Shown here one piece after another: positions 57,652 through 64,000 of a stretch of DNA of 64,000 bases; position 1 is the first letter of the stretch, and the number at the start of each line of letters is the position of its first letter. The DNA comes from the human T2T-CHM13v2.0 reference genome, Homo sapiens. A program made the translations under genes and the position numbers. The notes below the pieces were generated by a model. That model was not told the origin of the DNA and ran no database searches. It was given only the letters and a program-made list of their open reading frames with translations. The stretch lies in NCBI RefSeq assembly GCF_009914755.1, contig NC_060939.1. The stretch is one strand, 5' to 3'.

Positions 57652-58031
57652 TCATTTTCTAGTTAACAATCAACTGATAAAGTAATTACACATCAAAGCT
57701 CACCCCCAAATCCTAAACAAATAAATCAAATATATTTTCTGCAAGAAAAGAATGCAAAATTTAGCAATGATAATATAGCAGCTAATGACCTACCTGCTCT
57801 TTATCAATGGCCTCAGCTACTTTTCTGGGGTTCTCTTTGTAAAACCACAGTGTTTAATTCACATCAACTCTAAGGGAGGATACTCTAGGCAACTCTACAT
57901 CAACTCTAGAGAAGGGCACATAGGCAAAACCACCACTGCCAATACCATCTCTATCTCCTTAAACTCTATAGCAGTATCTCCTACATACTTTATCTCCTAT
58001 ATGCTTTCTTATAATAGTGTAAGAGGTTTTA

Positions 58032-58363
<332 letters not shown>

Positions 58364-59103
58364 CTAGGAAAGGGTCTTGACTAGACATTTCAAAGGACTG
58401 GGGCAAGGGGGGAAGGAGCGCTCTTAGACTCAAAGATGAAAGCCAAATAATGTGATAACAGAGGTGATCCCATCAGCCAGGATGGCCTTGTAGAACACAG
58501 TCGTTGAGCACTGTTGCATAACAAAGTATTACATTAAAGAGAACTAAATTTTTATCTTTATTTGATCTGTACATTTGGGGCTTTATTTTACAATGCTCGG
58601 CTTGAACCTACCTAATACAAGATCCCAATAATTTTATATCCAAGTTAACTGTTGCTCACTCATAATGGCAAAAGACATTTCTAGGTATGTAAGAACTCAG
58701 CCAACACTACCTAGTCATCTTTTGTGAATACATTACTCAAATAAATGTTCCAGAACACAGAGAAATAACATTAAGAAACCAGGAGTGGGGAATTTGAGAG
58801 CAAAATGAAAAAGAATGGGTTTTCTAAAGCAGTGGAGAACACACTAAAAATTTTGTGAATAATATCTTTTTTTTTTTTTTGAGACAGGGTTATTACCGTC
58901 ACCGAGGCTGGAGTGCAGTGATGCAATCACAGCACACTGCAGCTTTGAACCCCTTGGCTCAAAAAATCCTCCCATCTCAGCCTTTCAAGAGCAGGCACTA
59001 CAGGTGCCCATCACCATACATGGCTAATTTTTTGTTTGTATGCTTTTTTGTAGAGATGGGGTCTTGTTTTGTTGCCCAGGCTGCTCTTGAACTCCTGGGC
59101 TCA

Positions 59104-59573
<470 letters not shown>

Positions 59574-60749
59574 TTACTTCAGATTACTAATAATACTAAT
59601 GATTAATACGATATAGAACATGCAGGAAATCATCACTATTATCCCATGAGGATAACTAAAAAAAACTATATTGCTACAGAAAAACAAATCTTTATGTGTT
59701 TATAAAAAATATTACAGTGACCACTAGTTACAGTAAAAATAAGATATATAATTTCCAAACTCATATATCTAATTTACAAACTCTTCTATTTTCCATTTGC
59801 AAATTGCAAAACATAAAAAAGAAATTTGCTGTTTGTAACAACACAGGTTAAAACTTTTACTACAAAGTTTTACATGCAATTTTATGAAAAGGTAAAATGT
59901 TATGAACACATACAAATTCTTGATAAAAAATAAATAAACAAAAGGTTCAATATATAGTTCAGTTTCAAAAGTAAGTAAAGGAAATGCTTCATCATCGAAC
60001 TTAAAGCCAGGGTCATCTCAAAAGCTGACACAAAGCTGTTTGGAAAGATTTTAGATGCAAATAGATTAATATCAATGGCTGGAGACTGGAAATTTAATGC
60101 TGATATAGGTACAGAGGTGGGGAGGTGGAAATGAAACTAGAATCATAGAAGGGTAGGACCTCCCGGGTTCAAGCGATTCTCCTGCCTCAGCCTCCTGAGT
60201 AGCTGGAATTACAGACGTGCACCACCATGCCCAGCTAATTTTTTTGTATTTTTAGTAGACACGGGTTTCATCATGTTGGCCAGGCTGGTCTCGAACTCCT
60301 GATCTCGTGAGCCACCCACCTTGGCCTCCCAAAGTGCTGGGATTACAGGCATGAGCCACCGTGCCCAGTGGGCATCACTCTTAGTGAAAAGGATGCTTAT
60401 ACGATCTCTGCTCACTAATCTTAGAAAGTGAAGCTTGGAAAAAATGTCTCTTGTAAGAAATGGAAGCTCCAGGTATTCCTCATCAACAAGTCTTTTGCAA
60501 ATAAGAATATATGATATTTCCTCATACATACACACTAAGAAGTTTTTGCAGAAGATTAGTGGTCAGGCAAAAAAGCACAATTCACAAGAGGAAACAATCC
60601 AGTATGAGGAACAATCAGCAGACACAACAAATAAGACGACTGGCTCCCCAAGACTTTGAAATAGCACAACAATCTGAAAGAGATTGATCATTTTAAACAT
60701 ACTTACTTAAAGCCAGTAAAGACAGGCTAACATCAATAATGAAAACTAA

Positions 60750-60924
<175 letters not shown>

Positions 60925-61221
60925 TAGCTGGGACTACAGGCACCCACCACCACGTCCAGCTAATTTTTTGTACTTTTAGTAGAGACGGGGTTTCACCGGG
61001 TTAGCCAGGATGGTCTCCATCTCCTGACCTCGTGATCCACCCACCTCGGCCCCCCAAAGTGCTGGGATTACAGGCATGAGCCACAGCGCCTGGCCAAAAA
61101 ACAGAACTTTCAAAATGAAAAATATTGTCACTGAAATTAAAAACATCTTGGACAAGTATAACATAAAATTAGTCATGGTTGAAGAAAATTTATAAACTAG
61201 AAGATAGATCTGAGGATATTA

Positions 61222-61981
<760 letters not shown>

Positions 61982-62800
61982 TGACAAAGTTCTCTGAGTG
62001 ACAGTATGCTCCAAGTTATGATATTATGAGATAAATAAATATAAAATTGAACTTATACTAATGAACCCATAATATACCAAGGGAAAGAATTTTAAAACAA
62101 CCAGAAACAAAGGATAGATTACTTTATTAAGCATCAAGCTAGATCCATTATACTTCATCCTGGGTGACAGGGTGAGATCCTGTCTCAAAAAAAAGAACAA
62201 TATTAGAAATTAATAAATTATATAATTATAGATAAAGTACAGATAAGTAAATAAAAACTTTATGAAAATGAATTTGAATAGATAAAATGCACAATTTAGA
62301 AGACAAACTACCAAAATTGACTTTGGAAAATTTCAATAATCAATAACTATTATAGAAACTGAATCTTTTTTTTTTTTTAAAAAAACCTCCATAAAAAAAC
62401 TCCAGACCTAGACAGTTTTAGGGGAAGTTTTACTAAGCCTTAAAACAACAGGTATTTCTCTTATCTAACTATATTGTTTCAAATAGTAGAAAAAGAAAAA
62501 CGCTCTATAGTATATAGGTCTGGTATAATTTGGTATACAATCTAGACAAGAACAGTATGAGGAAAGAAAAATATAACTGAACCTCAATATGAAGATAAAT
62601 GTGACAACTGCTTATAAAATATTAGCAAATTGAATATATATATATATATATATATTCAATCTAAATGACTTTTTTTTGTTTTTGTTGTTTTGAGACAGGG
62701 TCTCACTCTGTCACCCACACTGGAATGCAGTGGCGCGATCTTGGCTCACTGCAGCCTCTTCCTCCTGGGTTCAAGTGATTCTCCTGCCTCAGCCTCCTGA

Positions 62801-63016
<216 letters not shown>

Positions 63017-63340
63017 TAAAGACATATGACCTGGTGGAAATAGCACAGGTTTCAGATGCAGACCAGATCTGGGTTCAAATCCCACAAGTTTACTTATTCA
63101 TAGTTATTTTTTTTTTCTGAACATCTATTTCCTCTAAAATAAGAATAGCAGCACTTAGACTGAAGTGTTGTGAAGACTGAGTGACCCAAGCAATAAAATC
63201 CCCTGGCACATAGTAGTCACCTAATAAATGTTAATTATTATTATTATATATGTGATTTTACACTAAAATGTTAAATTTATAGGAATTCAATAATGACTTA
63301 TGTAAGGAAAATACTAAATATTTCTTTTTTTTTTTTTTGA

Positions 63341-63502
<162 letters not shown>

Positions 63503-63705
63503 TAGTAGAGACAGGGTTTCTCCATGTTGGTCAGGCTAGTCTTGAACACCCGACTTCAGGTGATCTGCCCGCCTCAGCCTCTCAAAGTTCTGGGATTACA
63601 GGCGTGAGCCACTGCATCCGGCGGAAAATGCATCCAAAACAAAGTTTAATATTCTAAAATTAGATAAAACCAAACTCGTAGCTTTCAGTATAGAATTATA
63701 TTCAT

Positions 63706-64000
63706 TGGGAGATAGGAGGGAAAATGGCAGATCGGAGACAGGATTAACATGCAGCTGCCACCTGGATGGACAGAACAGCATCTGGAGACTCACAATGCGA
63801 ACTTTTACTCCAAGAATCACTTCAGGAACACCGCAAGAAACACTGTAGGAAAACTGAAAGAATTCACAGACCCTTTGAAAGAAGTGGTTCGCTGCTGCAA
63901 ATGCCATGAAACAGCTGAAAAACCGTGAGTTCCCAAAGTGTGAGGGAAGAAAAGGTCAGTCTCTGAACATACATCCCCACTGGGGAACCTGAAAATCCAG
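63706..64000 (+). mobile_element. 5'UTR start of an old primate L1 (L1PBa-like), running off the window
   Basis: GGGAAAATGGCAGATCGGAGACAGGA...GAACTTTTACTCCAAGAA...CACAGACCCTTTGAA resembles an L1PB-type 5' end with a YY1-like motif. Confidence 0.6.

Overview
This is Alu-saturated primate DNA, almost certainly human chr15q21.3, recognised from its translated exons. Left to right it holds intron 1 and the non-coding first exon of CCPG1 (minus; coding exons lie left of the window), a CpG-island bidirectional promoter at ~15.1-15.9 kb with an RFX X-box, the complete two-exon PIERCE2/C15orf65 gene (plus, 121 aa), and the last five coding exons of DNAAF4/DYX1C1 (minus; splice phases join into one frame). 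The main non-obvious structures are as follows. (1) DNAAF4 intron 6 holds three nested retroinsertions, each with its own TSD and all in DNAAF4 sense: a 5'-truncated L1PA hosting a THEM4 retrocopy with an uninterrupted 241-aa ORF and a full-length old SVA. (2) A solo HERV-H LTR7 in the PIERCE2 intron supplies most of an alternative coding last exon and the poly(A) signal for DNAAF4. (3) A BC200 retrocopy is fused to an inverted Alu remnant. (4) Intron 8 has a palindromic AT-rich tract, and a direct Alu pair around exon 7 predicts a 3,547-bp frameshifting deletion. (5) CCPG1 intron 1 has candidate ATF4 and MiT/TFE sites. There are no prokaryotic features, CRISPR arrays, tRNA or rRNA. Repeat subfamily names, exon numbering and literature links are from memory and need RepeatMasker or BLAST confirmation.
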